A stretch of DNA of 64,000 bases from the human T2T-CHM13v2.0 reference genome, Homo sapiens. Shown in pieces: positions 30,331 through 43,826 of this stretch (the stretch's first letter is position 1; every line of letters starts with the position of its first letter). The DNA lies in NCBI RefSeq assembly GCF_009914755.1, contig NC_060925.1. One strand, given 5' to 3'. A program made the position numbers and the translations under genes. Under the pieces are notes generated by a model, which was not told the DNA's origin, did not search any database, and worked only from the letters and a program-made list of their open reading frames with translations.

Positions 30331-33300
30331 ATGGACGCCTTCTGTCTTCGCGTTTTCAGGCACCCGGGGAAGACCCACAGAACAGGCTAGCTTGTTCCCA
30401 ATTTCCACCTGCTTCCTCCCCATCCCGGACCGACAAAAATTGTCGTCTGTTTGATGGGAGGGAGAACTCCGACTCCCCCACCTGGGGCATGCAGACACCC
30501 TCGCCCTTCCCCAGTTGGCATGGACCGTCGTCTTTTCTCCCTCTTCCATCAGATCGATGGACAAACAGGCCAGTTTCTCCCCAGTGGCCCCCACCTAAGA
30601 GCACCCTAAGTTGTCCACAGCAGGGCTAGGAAGCAGAAGGTCAGGACACTCCCCTACCCTACCTTGACTTAGAGCTGGGTAAACCCAGAACCCATCCCCG
30701 GGCAAATAGAGCCAGCTCCTTTGCCCCAGGAAGGGGATTCGTCTCCCTCTGGCATTTAGGAGTGCTCTCTAAGTGCGTTCTTGGCAGTGAGGGTGCCGCC
30801 TTCCCAGGGCAGGTGTGATTCATGTGGACTCTGTGGCGCCTGGGCAGGGATCCCCAGGTATACCAGACAAGGGGCAGGTGTGCCCTGGGAAACCGCCTAA
30901 GAGGTCCATGGGCTATGGAAGGAGCTGGGGTCCACAGTCCCTCTGCCTGAGCGTGTCTTTTTCCCTCACCCACAGCGCTCTAGGGAAAGTTGCCTAAACC
31001 TCTCTGAGCCTCATTTCTTTCATTTGTAAAGTGGGGCACTCATAGTGGCCCTTCATAGAATTGTGTGTAAAGTGCTTAGCACAGGCCTGGCACATGGAGG
31101 GTGCTCCAGCCTCGGGGAGCCATCACTGTCATGAAAAAATAAGACCTCTCAATCCTTGCTGGGGGCCTTTGACCCACCCCTCCTCTCTCTGGGCCTCACA
31201 CTTCCATCTGTGAAATGTCCAGTTCTCATATTCAAAGCTTACTAGGACTCCAAGCCAGTCCATGCTGTCCTGATCCCTCAATTCGCCCACAGGCTGCCTG
31301 GGGGAGGTAAGGACTGGCTGTGACCTACCTCCACGTGGAGTCAGCTCATAGCGGGGTTTCCAGCAACCATCACAGGGCGGCCAGAGCTGGGTCTCGATGA
31401 TTGCCTGTCTGACCATTCCTCTCAGAACCTCACTTTCGCCCCCAGCCGGCCGCCCTCCTGTGGGCAGACCCTTTCCTGAGTAGCAACTGGGCCTCAGCGG
31501 ACACTGCCAGGGACCCCGTTTCCTTCCCAGGAGGCCTCTGTTCCCCATATCCCGAATCACACAGGAGCCTAGTCCAGCGAAGAGAGCAGAGGACTCTCTT
31601 CTAGAACTGAAAATTTCTCCCAGCCTGGCCCTAAATCCCCTGTCCAGAGGGACCCGTGGTGAAACCTATCTCCTGCCCAGTGCCCTAGAACTCAAAGGGG
31701 ACATTCATGCCCCTCACTGAGCCTCAATTTCCTCTTCTGTCAATGGAGGTCATTCTAACCACTCCATTTCACGGGAGGGGGATTAAGGATTCCCTCTAGG
31801 AGGGGAGGGGCATCATTGTGATTGATGATCGATTGTTTGAAGAAACAGAAAGAAAATGCTGCTGAGTAAACTAGGACTCATCTGCATCCTGATTTCAGAT
31901 AATGATCTCTGAATATATAAGCGAGAAATGTTAATGAAAAATGGCAATATATCTGGGTTGAGGGGTTGTCTCCTGTAGGCCGGGGGTCCAGCTCCAGAGA
32001 GTCCAGCTCTGGGGTCATCTATCCTGGGCAGCCTCTCTGGAAGGATTCAGAATGTGTGGGAGCACAAATGTGCTTCTCAAATTACAGAGATCTTTCTTCC
32101 TTTTTGGAAAGTTCCAGACTTGGAGGGGAGGGAGAAGGAGCAAGGGAGAGCAGGGTGGTGAGGGTGTTAGGACCCAGATGCTGCCTGTGCGGTCTGAGAC
32201 TTTTGCCTGGTGTCCACGCTCCCCTGAGCCTTGGTCCCCGAGGGTAAAATGGGAAGAACAGTAACAGCTGGGGGTGCTGAGGCTTTACCTTGTGCCAGGC
32301 GCCGCACATGGGCATTGCTCATGGTATTCAATCCCCACGGCGTCATATGTGGTAGGTGTTATGCCCATGTAAGCAAAGAGGAACGTTGTCCGAGGTCAGC
32401 CAGGCTAGAGAGGGCCAGACCCGGGTTAAAAGCCTGCTCTGGTTCAAAATGTGGGGCATGAACGCATCACCTGGCCAAGCATGTCAGCACTCTCCTCCTA
32501 GTGGCTGAGTAATGGGAAGAGCTAGCATCTAGATACAGAGGAAAGAGCTATTGTGATGGGGAGAGGGAGCTGGGTTTGGTAAATCCTGCTAAGCAGCCCT
32601 GGGCTTGGAAATCAGCAAACTCTTCAAATCTGCAGGGAGTCAGGAAGGACTTGCCAGGGTCATTCGGGAGGGTCCTGTGATAGTCAAGGTGCACCCACCA
32701 CCTGCTCTCCTTTGGCCTCAGAACCAGTCTGCGAGGAGGCAGGACTGGCAGTAGTCCCCAGTTTACAGATGGGAACACTGAGGCCCAGAAAGGGGAAAGG
32801 GCGTGATCAGGATCTGGAATGAGCTCCAGCAAGGCCAGGAGCAAGCACCTCGAGGCAAAACGCAGTTGGACAGGACCTTTGCCTTGCAGGAGACTGCAGC
32901 CCAGTCCTGGGCCTCATACACTAGCGCCCTGATGCCACATTCAGTGCCTCTCGCCCAGGGGAAGTGCTAGTCAGACGTGTTTCCCTCTGGGCCTCAGTGT
33001 TTGCATCTGAATGCGGGGGTGCACTTTCAAGGCCCCTCTACATGCCATGCGGGTTCCATAGGACCCCAGGGTTTGGTTGTGACCCGAGGCCCCTCCTCCC
33101 CACCCACCTCCTCTCCACCTCCCGCGGGGCGCCAGCTCCCTTGCGTCCACATGACCTCGGATCCTTCCACGCCCATCCCCACCCTGTTCAGCAGGTGGGT
33201 GGTCAGAGGGTGCTCTGCTTTGAGGATGGGAGAGAGAAAGGGAGGCAAGGAAGGAGAAAAGAGACTTCTTTTGCGGGAGCGCAGAGCAGAAAAACCGTCT

Positions 33301-34921
33301 CCATCGGTTACCAGGGAAGGGGTTTCTGGTTTCAGATCCCATCACTTGGTGGGGCCTTCCTACCACCCTCCCTGCTACTCGCTCTTGTCATCTGTAAATC
33401 AGGGAAATACTTCTGGAAGACAGTTATCTGGTCTGTGACTTTGATCATTGGTCTATGACTAATAATTGCCCTAATTTTTTGAACACCTGCCGCATGCTGG
33501 GAGTTTTCCGCCAATTGTCGCTCACCCTCAGGTGCCTCTGAAGGGCAGAGATTTTATTCTTTCCATTTCACAGATGGGGAAACCCAAGCTCCGAAAGTAA
33601 AGAGCTTTTCCTCTGTGGGCCTCAGAATCTGAGAAGTTCAAACAGGTTCTCAGGAGCCCTTCCAGCACCCCACTCCTCGATCAGGGAGGGGCTGTCTGCA
33701 CTCTGACCGCTGCTCTCAGCGCAGAGCTCTCCATCCAAAGCAGCAGGTGCGTGCAGAGCTACCTGCCAGCAGAGCCATCAAACACGGACTCTTCTACTGG
33801 GAGCCATGGAGTGGTGAGAGAGACCTGGGCAGCTTGGAGCCAAGGGGGCTTCTGGGAAACATGTGCCCTTCCCCCAGGGTGGGGTTCAGCTCTGGCGGGC
33901 AGGGAGAGAAAGGGCTCTTCTGAGTGGCTGTTGCTTTACACACATTTTTGCTTCACAGTATTCTTAGGGAGTAGCGACAGTTATCACTCCCATTTTACAG
34001 GAAAGAAAACTGAGGCTTAGAGAGCTCAAGTAACTTGTCCAAGTTGGCACCACTGGGAAACCACAGGGGTAGGATTCCAACGAGGCAGCCTGGCCCCAGA
34101 GCCCATGTTGCTGCCCACTACACTCTACTCTTGTGGACTAAAACCAGATGCTCAGAGTTACAGTCATGGAATAGAATTAGAATCCTGGCAGAAGAACTGT
34201 GGGCAGGATTCGGAATTTTACAATGTCAGACTCGAAAGGGCTCTGAGATATCAAATCCAAATCCCCATTTCTCAAATGACAGAACTGAGGCCTAGGAAGG
34301 AAGAGTCTCACTCAAGGTCACAGCCAGTGCCAGGGACAGAGTCTGCACCCCCTGCCTCTCCAGCTACCTCCCGCTGACTCCGCACCTTCCTCTCTCGCAG
34401 GCCCTCCTCTCCCCACTGCCCACCCAGCAGCTTCTGGGCCCAGCCAGGCCCATTAGGGATTTTCCACCTCCCCAAAAAGGTCCTGATGACTGTCAGTCCT
34501 TGTGAAGCCTTAATTAATCTCAGAGGCCGATGGCTCGGAGGAGACTGGGGGCTTTGGCCTTACGCAGATGAAGATTGCGGCTCTATTTCATGTGGTGGTG
34601 AAAGAACGCCTCAGACATTCCTGCCAGCAATAAAAGCCACATGGCTTTCCAGCATCGCCCTTGGAAAAGAAAAAAAAGTGCAGCCCTTTGCGGAAATAAA
34701 TCAACTATGTGCTGTACGCATGGCATGAGATACAAATGGGCATACGGAGGTGGGCAACAGTCGGTCTTTTATGCCGCCTCTGATGTCCACTGACAGTGGC
34801 AGGGCCAGCGGTCATGGTCCCAGCTGCAATCCTGGGGAGAGGGAGTGACCCCCAGTGTGGTGGGGGAAGCCTCAGCTTCTCCACCTGAACTGGATTTGAG
34901 CCACCCTAGATATCCCAGAGG

Positions 34922-35097
34922 CAGGGCCGGCTTTCTGGCCTGTGACCCATGCAGTCGCACAGGGCCCTGGTCTCAGAAGGGTCCTGAGCTTGTTTTAATG
35001 CCCTGCCACCACTGCCTTGAACTTCTGAATACTTGCTCAACAAAGGTCCTGCGTTTTCATTTTGTACTGGGCCCCCCAAATTATATAGCCAGTCCTG
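34922..35097 (+). mobile_element. MER45A-like hAT-Tip100 non-autonomous element
   Basis: CAGGGCCGGCT...GCAGTCGCACAGGGCCC...TTTTCATTTTGTACTGGGCCCC...AGCCAGTCCTG with terminal inverted ends. Confidence 0.75.
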
Positions 35098-36330
35098 ACC
35101 ACAAATCCACCCCTCATCACCAATTGTCACGTCTCTCCTGGCCCCTGCCATGTACCCAATCCCGGGGAGTAGGGTTTCTTGAGTGCCTACTAGCCAGTTT
35201 GCTTATATCACCTGAGATGAACTTCAGAATGACTTTGTGAATTGGGCAGATGTGGAAAATTGAGGCTCAGAGAGGCTTCCATATGGCAAGGAAGCCTAGA
35301 CTTGAACTCAGGTCTCCCTGACTCCAAAGTGAGTGCTCTTAGCAGCTCTACATTCTGCATTATTTCATCTTCACCATGCCCAGGGGGATGGAGATACACA
35401 CAGTTAGGCTGCTCTATTCCCAGATAACAGAAGGCATAACTGAGGCCAGAGAAGTGAAGGTTCTCAAGTCAGTGTCAAACCGAGGGCCTGGGCAACAGTG
35501 GACCTGGGCCTGGATCCATAGGGCTGGGGATGGAGTCTCAGTTTTATAGTTGTTTGTGCCACTTGTAAATTTATTAGCTCTTTCCATGCAGGTCACTGCC
35601 TTGAGTCTGGTCTGGAATGTGGCTGGAGCCCTACCCTGTCCCCCTCCCCCACAGCTCTCCATTCTAAACATCTGGAAGTCCTTCCTTGTGTCTTCTTCCA
35701 CTCTTTCACGCTGCAGTTTTCCTCTGCCACCCTCACTGGTTGGGAAGCAGTTGGATCTGGCACCTTGATAAACTCAAAAGAGTCCAAATTCTTGATGAAA
35801 GTTGGGGCTGAACAGAGCCCATAGATTGCCATGTCCTATAACCAGGCCTGGGCCTAAGGCTCATAGAGCCAACTGCTAGATCCAGGGCAGCCATTTCCTT
35901 GTTCCTTGCTGGGTAACCTTGAGCAAGTCCCTTCCCTCTCTGGCCCTCAGACTCCCCTTCAGGGAGATAAATGCATTGGACCACACCTGAGCCCCAGGAG
36001 GCCTCTCTGTCTTCAACATTCTAGAATTCCATATTAATCTACAACAGGTCTGTTCATTTCCGCATCTAATAGCTGGGGAAACCGAGGCCCAGGAAGGATC
36101 AGAGATTTGCCCACCGTCACAGAAGGTGCTTATTGACAAGTGGACTTGACTCTGAGGCTCCTGTCAGCTGGCCCGGTTGCCTCTGCACAAACTTTCGGAG
36201 GATCTGGCCTCAGCATCAGCTCAGCTTGCCCTTGTCCCGCCGCCTTTAGCCCAGGTGGTCTGTCAGGCACCCTCAGTGTCCAGGCCTGGAAATCACAGCT
36301 AAGAGTCCTTGGCAGGCAATAAAGTTCCTC

Positions 36331-36699
36331 TTCTATGGCTTGAATGTCTCCCAAAAGTCATACATTAAAACTTCACCCCCATTGTGATGGTATTAAGAGG
36401 CAGTGGGGGGCCTTTCGGGAAGTGATTAAGTGGTGAAGGCTCTGCCCTCATGAATGGATTAGGCCCTCTTTGCCCTTCTGACTTCAGGACACAATGTTCT
36501 GTGTCCTCCGGAGGACACAGCCAGAAGACACTGCCTTGGAAACAGGGAGTCCAGGACCTCACCAGATGCGGAACCTGCCAGAGCCTTGATCTTGGACTTC
36601 CCAGTCTCCAGAACCATGTGTAGTAAGTTTCTATTTCTCTATTTATAAATTATCCCGTCTCAGGTATTTTGTTACAGCGACACAGAGTGAACTAAGACA
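36331..36699 (+). mobile_element. ERVL-MaLR solo LTR (MST/MLT1A-like)
   Basis: CTATGGCTTGAATGT...GCCCTCATGAATGGATTAG...CCTTGATCTTGGACTTCCCAGTCTCCAGAAC...GAACTAAGACA. Confidence 0.85.
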
Positions 36700-38333
36700 C
36701 TCTCTTTAGACAAAAGTGGGCCAGGGGATGGCAGCAACCCTTTTCTCCCCAATCGCATTTGGGCTGTGTCAGTGTTTCCGTAATAAAGGCCCCTTTTCCA
36801 GGGGTTATAATTTGGCTGGAAAATGAGGAGGAAAGACCAGACTCCAGGACTGGAGGGGCACATGAAGTAGGAGGCTAGGATGGGAAAAGTCTCCACTGGA
36901 CCCTGGGCACGCAGAGTGCACACACACACGCACACACATCTATACCCTACATGTGTGCACTCACACACAGCACCCACGCTCATGGGCACAGTCTCTCACA
37001 CATTCACTGGCAGCTCACACCCACATGGACAAGCCCTCATGGAGGACAGCATTGTTACAGTGCAGCCACAGGTGCAAACAGTTAAGTGCAGGTGTGTGCA
37101 AAGATGCTCCTAGGAGATGCCTCTGTCTGCATCATCATGCATGGACCTATTGGTATAGATGCGCAGATAGATGCACAGATAGGCCCCATTATATGAGTGG
37201 TGTGGACACACACATGGGCAGAAACCCACATCACAGCTGTGTAAACAGCAGACCATTGTGTGGACAAATCTTTACACACAGAGGCAGGCATGGAATCAGG
37301 GCTCAGAGCTTTGGATTTGTTCTACAGAGCAGCTCTGGGAGGAGTCGAACCCTGGCTCTGGAAGTTTCTGCTTCTCCTCAATTCAGAGGCATGGACTTTC
37401 TGGGTGGTTTGCCCCCCTGGGGCTTCCAAACCATTCCCCAGCATCTGAGTTTAACCCGCTCCCTCATTGTTCGATGGGGACAAGGAGAGCCTGTCTTCCT
37501 GGTCCAGAGAAAGGCAGTGGGAGGGGAGAAGTGGGAGGGTTGCAGCTAGGGTGCCCCACGGCAGCATGGGTGGAAGGGCAGGGCACTAGCCTAGGGGCCC
37601 AGAGACCTGAGTTTGGGTTTAGGTTGAGATGCCCTAGGCCAACACATGGCCTCTCTGGGCTTCATCCTGAGCCCCCTCTGTTAGGGCCATGTGACACCCC
37701 CAGGGGCCTCAGCATGGGGAAGAGCACTGAAACCATGTCACATGATGAACTATTAAAGCAACTGGAGACTTTGCCCTGGAGGAGAGCAGGCTTGGGGGGT
37801 AAGAGCTCCTCTGGCAGATCTATGAAGAGCTCCCAGGTGGCAGGGACCATATGGATGCTGGGGGCTCCATACCAGGAATAGAAATATTGAGAGCTGGCTT
37901 GGAATAGGGACACGTCCCCTCAGAGGTAGAGATCAAGTTGAGACCAGGATATTGTGCAGGGAGTTCGAGTGTTAGATGGGGCAGGGGCCGGACCAGATAC
38001 TAGTGTCTCAAACGCTCAGCTCATAGCAAACACGTATTGAACAAATGAGAGAGCGACTGCAGAGCTCCATTTCTGAGCCAATCATCCGTGATTCAGAGCA
38101 TACCAGCTCTGGGTTCCCACCTTGCCATCTGCATGACCTTGGCCCTCTCCAAACCTCAGTTTCCTCATCTATGAAATGGGGAGAACAAATTATTTCCAAG
38201 AGCTCCAGCAAGTCACATCCCCTATTGTTGGTCTTTCAGGTCATCCCAGAATTTCTGCTCTTATAAATAGAAAATGACATTGAAGGTGAAAAGCAGACAG
38301 ACAAGCAAGAGAATAGTTAATACAAAAATCATA

Positions 38334-38470
38334 GCTAGGCGTGGTAACTTGTGTCTGTAATCTCAGCTACTTGGAAGGGTGAGGTGGGGGGATCTACTTG
38401 AGGCCTAGAGTTCAAGACTAGCCTGGGCAACAAAGTGAGACTCTGTATCTACCAAAAAAAAAAAAAAAAA
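38334..38470 (+). mobile_element. FLAM / Alu left monomer
   Basis: Single Alu arm with poly(A). Confidence 0.8.
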
Positions 38471-39959
38471 TCAGGAGAGTGGTCCCCACCACTTGCCACC
38501 TGTGATGAGTAGGGAGAGGGATGCAGTCAGGGAAGGGACACTGGTGGGAGCCCTAAGGTCCCATTAGTGCTTTGTTTTTTAAAGCCAGGTGGTAGGTAGA
38601 TAGATGTCTGCTTTATTCTTCTTCTTTAAACAATACTTATATTTTATACATTCTTCTGTACATGTATTTTACATGTTTAAAAATATTTTAAAGGAAAGCA
38701 AAAGATAAAATATAGAAAAAGTTCCCCTGCCCCAAACCTCTGAAAAAATGGACAATATGCTCAAATGTGCATAATATCGTACAATTATTCATGATGCAGC
38801 AAAGCTGCACTGTTTCATCCGGATGGTCCTGTGTACCATCACACTCTCAGTTGAATCTCTGCAGGCCCTTGCAGCTGTCCTCATCATGGCAACCCCCACC
38901 TAGGTAAGCACTTCTAGGTAACAGCCCCTGCTGAGCACGCTCCCCAAGCACTCCTCATGGCCGACCAGTAGCCCTTCAGGTATGTGTCAGTGGGCCCACT
39001 TTACAGGCAAGGAAGTCCCTTGCACCTACATAGGAAGGGGCAGAGCTGGGATTTGAACCAGCTCTGTCAATGCCAAAGTTGTGCAGCAACCTCACCCGAG
39101 GAGCCAGGCCCCTTGATTATAGTAACTAGCGTTATGTACACTCACACATGCCGTTGAATCCCCGGAGCCACTTTTGTATTAGGTACATTTATCATCATCC
39201 CCATTGTAACAGTAGGACAACGGAGGCATAGCAAGGTCAGGAACGTGTTCAAGTTCACACCCTAGGTGAGTATCAGAGCTGAGCCTTGAACCTCAGCAGC
39301 CTGATCCCAGATTGTGTTTCCTGGCCTGGCTGTGTGGGGAGCTCAGACTTCATGGAAACAAAAGACAGAACGGTGGCTCCAGGGTCCACAGCGGATCCCA
39401 AGGGACCAGAGGCCAGCAGGGGGGTTGGCTGGGGTTGGAGGATGCTGCCTAGGAGATCTGCTCCCAGAGTGATGCTAGCCCTGTGTGATGACCTGAGTCC
39501 CCGCCTCCTTACAGGGTCATGGCTGCTGGGGAGGTGCTGAGGCTGTGGGTACAGCCAAACGGAGCTAGAGCAGGCTTTGGACTCCCTGCCTGGCAAGTCC
39601 AGGTGACAGGCTCAGACACTGGGCACTCTGTCATTTGCTGTTGGCATAAGTTTCCACTGGCAGGAATGTGACATTTATCACCTGAGTGGGCTTCCAGAAG
39701 CCCACTGAATGTCCTCAGACCTGGGGTGGGGGGCCCTCTCACTGCCTCACCTCTGAGCCTTAATCAAATCCAGGGTGGCTGGATGATCTGAAGGCCCTTT
39801 TAGCTCACGGAGGCCTGGGCTTGCCCCTGCCCCCATCCGTGTCCTCAGGGGAAAAGGTTCCCAGTCCTGCCCTTAGCAGCTCTGAGCTTAGATGAGGGGG
39901 GGAGATGAGATGGAAAGGAAAAGGAGAAGTAAGAAACAGACAGAGGAAAAGGAGTTGGC

Positions 39960-40290
39960 ACTAGATTGAAGCAGTCAACACACACTTATTAGGCACCTAG
40001 GGCTATTTTAGGTGCTGGGGATACAAGCAATGGACCAGAAAGCCATGGAGCTCCTTGGGGGCTTTGATTCCAGCAGGGCAGACAGAAGACAGACAAGGAG
40101 GCAAATAAATAAGCACGCCAATATTTGATAGTGTCTTGGGACACTCAAGAAAACAGATGGGGGTAAAGTCAGAGAGAGTGACTGGGTGGATGGGGAGAGA
40201 GGGGCTCTTGGCAATACTTTAGACAGGGTGGTCAGGGAAGGTCTGTCGGAGCAGGTGACATGCGAGCTGAGACCAGAGGGTTGAGAGGGA
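39960..40290. mobile_element. L2 LINE fragment
   Basis: Degenerate L2 3'-end motifs (AGGTGCTGGGGATACA; GGTGGTCAGGGAAGG...GAGGTGACA-like). Confidence 0.55.
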
Positions 40291-42156
40291 CCCAGGAAGG
40301 GAGAAGGGGGCTGGTAGGAGGGCCCACTGCACAGTGGAACTGGCTTTACCCACCTGCCTTCTCCCCACTCCTCTGCACTGCTAGTATCCCCAGTTCCTAA
40401 AACTCTTACTGCCCTTTCTCTCTGTTGCTTCTCCCACAACAGCCCTGAGAGCCAGATGGGGTGAGCCTAAGTAGCCTGACCTGCAGTGCAGGAAACTGAG
40501 GCTAGAGTGGGGAGGGTCAGCATCAGCGGTGCCCTAATGCCAGGACCTGACCCGGGCTCCCGCCTCCCAGCCTGGTGCTCCTCGGAGCCTGCCCATTGCC
40601 TGGCATGTTATTCAACCACCCCAGTCCAGGCAGGCTGCAGCCACTGTGGAGCCAGCCCGTGGGCACCGCTCCTGAGAGGTCACAGGCTGGAAATGTGGGC
40701 AGCTGGGTAGGGTCTAGGAGGGGGCAGCGGCTCAGGACTGGGCGGGGGTCCGGAGCGGAAGGCGCCCAGCCCTGATTGGAACAAGGTGGCAGCACCGGGA
40801 GCCGAGCCGGGTGTCATTGATCTTGCCCGGTGTTCCAGCCACCAGGCGGGACCAGCGCCGGGCAGACTGCCGGTTTTCCCAGGTGTGGGGACACCCTGAG
40901 GGAATGACTTTTCATGTGGTTGTGGGGCAGGCATGCCACCCAGCACGTGGGGGAGGCCAGGGCTTTGGGAGCATGCTGGCAGCAGGGTGGAGGGGGGTGT
41001 CTGGAGACTCAGAATCCCACAGCCAGCAAATGTGAGGCTCCTGGAGACAGGGTCATGGACTTGAGGCTCTGAGACCCTGAGGATGTTAGAATCTTCATCG
41101 CAGTAGCTCCCACTGATGGTGTGCTCACGGTGCCAGGCACGGTTCTGAGAACTCACACAGCTTAACTCTTCATCCTTGCTCCATCCTAAGAGGGGGTTCT
41201 GTGATCATCCCCACTTACAGTTGGGGAAACTGAGGCTCGGCAAGGTTAAGTAGCCTGCCAAACACACAGCTACCAGGTTTTTGTCTTAGGAAATAAGAGC
41301 CCTGGAACAGTTGGCCAGTGCGGAGAGGACCCCCGAAGATCTCTGAGGCTAGTCCCCTTGTGTCGGAAAAACAGGTCTGGAGAGGGGATGTGACGTGCTG
41401 GGGCCCAGGGGAGTCCAAAGTCAGGACTCATTCTTCCCCCAGGTCATCGTGGGACCTCCGCTGGTCCCTGAATGTCAGGCCCCCTGAGGGCAGGGTCCTC
41501 AGCCAGGACCTAGGCTCCCAGATGTTACCAACCTTAACTGACAGTTTTCTGCTAGCACACAGGAAGTTCTTTTGAACATCTAACCTGAATCCCTCGTTTG
41601 CAGGGAAAGCCTCTTCCTTCTCATCTTGCAGTACTCTAAGAAGAGTTTGGCCTTTGATGTTAGGGAAGATCACCAGTTCCCTGGTGTTGTGGGAGGTGAG
41701 ACTGTGCCCCTCTCTGCCATAAAATATCTCTTTACTGTCCATCGCTGGGCCTAAACATTAGCGACTTAGCCCTTGGGGCCTTACAGAGTTTCTTATTAAA
41801 ACGTGAGTACTCCTGGAATGGGTGTCAGCTTAGCAGGACAGGGTGGTACTTCAGGGGCAGGGCTTGGGGGCCGTTGAGGGGCAGGAGAGAGCTGATTCTC
41901 CCCTTCTAGCCAGGCTTGATGGGGTCTACATGACCTGCCACCCTCCACCTCTCTGACCTCATCTGCTTCCACTCTGCCCCTCCCTCACCCTGCTCCAGCC
42001 ACCCTGCCTTCAAATATGCCCATCATACTCCCACCACAGGGCCTTTGTCTGTGCTGCCCTTTACCTGGAAAACCCTTCCCATTCTGTCTGCCTGGCTCAG
42101 CTACCCACTTCATTCAGGTCCCTGCTGCCTCCTCCAAGAGGCCTTCTCTGGTCTCC

Positions 42157-42692
42157 TGTGGTAGGCAGAATAATGGCCACAGAGATGTCCACATCCTAAT
42201 CCCCAAACCTGTGGCTATGTTACCTTATATGGCAAAAGGGACTTCGCAGATGTGATGAAGGATAAAGACTTTCAGATGGGAGATTATCCTGGATTCCCCA
42301 GGTGGGCCCCATATGATCACAAGGATCCTCACACATGGAATAGGGAGGCAGAAAAGGACAGTCGGAGGGAGATGGGGTGTGGAAACTGATTAGGGAACCT
42401 GAGAGATGGCAGCGTGGGAAAAACATGGCTCAAAGCTGTGGGCTTTGAAGGTGGAGGAAGGGGCTATGAGCCATGGAAAGCAGACAGCCTTTAGGAGCTG
42501 GACAAGACAAGGAAACAAATTCTCCACCAGAGCCTCCAGCAAGGAACACAGCCCTGCCCTGACCTTGATCTTGGCCAAGGGAGACTCATAGAGAATTTCT
42601 GATCCCTGGAACTGTAAGATTATAAATGCATGTTTTTTTTAAGGCACTAAAAGTGGGTTAATTTATGATGGCAGGCATAGGAAACGAATATG
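42157..42692 (+). mobile_element. ERVL-MaLR solo LTR (MLT1D-like) inserted in an L2 remnant
   Basis: TGTGGTAGGCAGAATAATGGCC...GGCAAAAGGGACTTCGCAGATGTGAT...GGAAACGAATA, with 5-bp target-site duplication TCTCC (42152-42156 and 42693-42697). Confidence 0.85.
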
Positions 42693-42839
42693 TCTCCCTT
42701 CCTTGATTGACAGTTCCTCAGCACATTTATTAGTGCCTGATACACAATAGCTTGACTTATGAATTGTCTCTTTTCTCTCACAGAAGGTCAGCTGCAGGAG
42801 GGCAGGGATTTTTTGCTTGCTTGGTGTTACATTCGCAGA

Positions 42840-43005
42840 TAGAGTTGTCACATTTAACAAATGGAAATATAAAACACCCAGTTAAATTGAATTTCAGATA
42901 AATAATGAACTCCTTTTTAGTATAAAGTTGCCCCAAATATTGCAATTATTTATCGTTTATCTGAAATTAAAATAATTTAGGAGTCTTGTATTTTATCTGG
43001 CGAAT
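42840..43005. mobile_element. MER53-like palindromic hAT MITE
   Basis: Imperfect inverted arms AATTTCAGATAAATAAT ... ATCGTTTATCTGAAATT and ACACCCAGTTAAATTGAATTTCAG typical of MER53. Confidence 0.75.
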
Positions 43006-43765
43006 TCATCCCCAACACATAAAACCATTCCTGGGTATGTATTAGGATCTCAATAAATGTCTGTTGAATGAGTGAAATAGATAAGCAAATGAATTCACAT
43101 TAACTTCTAGCTTAAAAACCCTCTTTGGCTCCCAGAATGCCTACAGGGTAAAGTGTAAATCATAGCAAATGATAAAAGCAGACAGTTTCATAGCCGCTTC
43201 AATATGCCAGACCCGGGCTGAGTGCTTTACACTTATTAACTCACTCGGTTCTTGCAATAACCCAATGAGGTGGTTAGCCCATTTTCCAGATGAGGAAACT
43301 GAGGCCCAGGAGGCTTAGTAACTTGTTCAAAGTCACATAACCATTGAGCAGCAGAGCCAGGCAATTCCAGGCCTTTGAAAACTTGGCTCATGGAATGTTC
43401 TAATGTTATCTCCCTACCCATTCCCCTGAACACTGTGGATCCTCTCTCTCTAACAGCCCCCGGTTCCTTTTCAGGGTATGTGCTTCCGCATTCTCTGACT
43501 GCTGAACTCCTCCTCATACATCAAAGCCCTGTCCTACTTTTCTCTCTTTGTGAGACCATCTCTAAAACTCCCAGGAGGACTTGGCCCCCTCTCTTTCCCC
43601 TCCCCACCATGGCCCCTTGTCTGAATGCGTTGTAAGGACTTGCTATTGTGTCCTTTACGTTCCCTGACTGTGACCTCCCTGAGAACGGAGATGGGCCCCT
43701 TTCAGCTCTTTGGCATGGGGCTTCAAACTGAGTCTGGCTTTAGGGGGGTTCCCAGAAGCATTTGA

Positions 43766-43826
43766 GAATGAATGAATGAATGAATGAATGAGTGAGTGAA
43801 TGAATGGCTGAGTGAATGAACGAATG
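43766..43826. repeat. (TGAA)n microsatellite
   Basis: Seen directly. Confidence 0.9.

Noticed and set aside
36900-37290. CA-rich low-complexity segment with a 198-aa ORF
   Set aside because: Degenerate simple repeat; no coding signal.
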